From NCBI RefSeq assembly GCF_009914755.1, contig NC_060933.1: DNA of 64,000 bases, one strand, 5' to 3'. Origin of the DNA: the human T2T-CHM13v2.0 reference genome, Homo sapiens. Shown here piece after piece: positions 62,010-64,000 of this stretch. The stretch's first letter is position 1. Every line of letters starts with the position of its first letter. Both the position numbers and the translations under genes were made by a program. The notes below the pieces were generated by a model. It had not been told where the DNA came from. It worked only from the letters and a program-made list of their open reading frames with translations, and searched no databases.

Positions 62010-63040
62010 ATGTCAGTAGGTAATAGGAATTTTTTAGCTCCTTTATAATCTTATGATACCACCTTTGTGTATGTGGTCTGTCATTGACTGAAGTGTCGTT
62101 ATGTGGTACGTGACTGTATTTATTGAGTGGATGGTCAATTGTATGAGGTACTTGAATAATGAGTGGTGTGAACCTTGGTTTTATGACATCTTCTGAGAGC
62201 TGCTTTCAGGTGGGTATAAGAAGAGATATTTCTAGTCTAGGTCCCCACTCCTTTTCTTAGTTCCTGCTTAGTGGAGGTGTTAGAAAAAAAGGTTGGACTC
62301 TGGCACTATTTTCCTCCATTGGTTATATGGACTCAAAGCCATAACTTAAGGAAGAATGTCTATTTTTAGATTTGGTGACTGATTTAGATAGGTTGCTACA
62401 GAAAGTGGTACAAAGATATTTCACACATAGAATATCAAATCCAGGGTGCTTTAGCACTGCATTCCAATGGCCTGGGATGGATGGGTGGAAGCCCTGGCAA
62501 GCTGAAATAAACCAGGGCAAGCTCCTCTTTGGAATTCACAAGTCTGACAACTGGTGACTCAGGCTCTAGTCAGGAGACCTGAATGTTACGTCTGGCATCA
62601 CGATACCTTAGTTTACAGAGATTAATCTAACAGGCCTTCAGTTAGTTTGCTTTATTTTAAAATTCTGCTTAGCTTTTTGTTGCCTACTAAATTTCTCCTG
62701 ATGTATATTTAGATGTAGGTGAAGGCTGTAGATGTATGCACTACCAACACCAGCTTCTGGGAGGGAACATTTTCCCACTCACAAGCAAGTGAACTTTGCT
62801 TTCTCCATGAAGAAGAATGACCTGCATGATGGCTTTCAGAAGTGGAGAACATGGCTCACAGTTCCCTCCACAGTTCCTCCATGGCCTTTGGTTGCATCTT
62901 CTCTGAATGGAGGAGCTTGGGTTATGTGAAAAGCAGAGCTACCAGACTACATAAATGTTTTAGTGAGAAGGCAGCAAATTAAAATATCAGAAATTTTGAA
63001 AGGAAAGGTTTATAATAGTTAGATTTAAAACATACTTTGA

Positions 63041-63178
63041 GGCCAGGCAGCGTGGCTTACGCCAGTAATCCCAGCACTTTGGGAGGCCAAGGCGGGAGGA
63101 TTGCTTGAGGGCAGGTGTTCGAGACTAGCCTGCACTACATAACAAGACCTTGTCCTGTCTCTATTAAAAAAAAAAAAA
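63041..63178 (+). mobile_element. Alu left monomer (FLAM-C-like)
   Basis: ggccaggcagcgtggcttacgcc...ctgtctctatt plus polyA. Confidence 0.9.
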
Positions 63179-63504
63179 GGAAGGAAAGGGAAGAAAAAGT
63201 GCTTTAATATTCAGAGGCATGAGAGATGCAATGAGTAATATAGGACCTTCTCTAAGGACACTGGGGGAGCACTCTACAGAGGTGGTTCTAATCTAGCCTG
63301 GCAAATCTCTGTTCCCTTCATGCCTTGTACTTCCTTCTTCTTTGTGACTTTGCTAATGTTATTCCTTCCTCTTGGACAAATTTCCTATACTAACCAAAAG
63401 GCCCCAAGACACAGGGGGAAATGTGGTAAATCTGAGACTGGAAGGAAATTACCATCTAATGTCACTCTTGTACAGTATAACTATTGTTAATATTATTGCT
63501 GGGG

Positions 63505-63670
63505 TCACTCATTTATTCATATCACAAACACTGACTGAGTGCCTATTATTTGCCAAGCATGGGCAATAAAGAGTTGAAGACCAACAAAGCCCCTGCCTTC
63601 CCAGAAGCTTATTTGCTTGTGGGGAAAATAAACAGTGGATCAATTAACAAATAAGTAGATAACATAATGT
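63505..63670 (-). mobile_element. L2 3' end
   Basis: actcatttattcat..caaacactgactgagtgcctatt...ccctgccttcccagaagctt. Confidence 0.75.
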
Positions 63671-63673
63671 CAC

Positions 63674-64000
63674 GGCCAGGCGTGGTGGCCTCATGCTGGT
63701 AATCCCAGCACTTTGGAAGACTGAGGTGGGAGGATCACTTAGGCCCAGGAGTTTGAGACCAGCCTGGGCAGCATAGGGAAATCCCATCTCTACCAAAACA
63801 AAACAAAACAAAACAAAACAAAACAAACAATAAACGAAACACATGGTGGCGTGTGCCTGTAGTCCCAGCTACTCAGGAGGCTGAGGTGGGAGGATCACTT
63901 GAGCCCAGGACACAGAGGTTGCAGTGAGCCAACATCTCCCCACTGCACTCCAGCCCGGGTGACAGGGTGAGACCCTGTCTCAAAACAAACAAACAAACAA
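63674..64000 (+). mobile_element. AluJ-like with (CAAAA)n expansion in the middle A-rich linker
   Basis: J diagnostics (gcccaggagtttgag, ggaggatcacttgagccc); CAAAA repeats at 63793-63830. Confidence 0.95.

Larger units (their letters stand above)
59812..62116. mobile_element. Tigger3/Tigger3b (TcMar-Tigger) hosting two LTRs
   Basis: Termini TA|cagtcatgtgttgcttaacaac ... gtcgttatgtggtacgtgactg|TA with TA TSD; body ttctggaatacctcctgaaagacctgcctgaggctgtttt. Confidence 0.9.

Overview
Primate (very probably human) non-coding genomic DNA, dominated by interspersed repeats: about 30 Alu copies (J/S/Y-like), old L1M/L1PB and L2 fragments, MIRs, MaLR/ERVL/ERV1 solo LTRs, an ERVL pol-dUTPase remnant and DNA transposons (near-full-length HSMAR2 mariner, Tigger3, MER20, MER58). 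I see no intact protein-coding gene; nearly all ORF-track entries derive from Alu/LTR/L1 or low-complexity sequence. Confident non-TE features are a full-length RPS20 processed pseudogene (- strand, 5'TOP to polyA, TSD, a single +1 frameshift) and a 35-nt tailless U2 snRNA retrocopy with TSD. Less obvious signals: (i) five widely spaced + strand exon-like segments with good splice signals (13275-13384, 24828-24970, 45504-45571, 50263-50332, 54630-), suggesting a spliced lncRNA or long 5'UTR with small ORFs, which I cannot name; (ii) two 40-60 bp segments that appear copied into old retroviral sequence from donors about 2 kb away (templated insertions); (iii) multi-layer TE nests and local tandem duplications. 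Repeat subfamily names come from recalled consensus sequences, not from a RepeatMasker run, and boundaries of old elements are approximate. I do not see a convincingly novel multi-gene system here.
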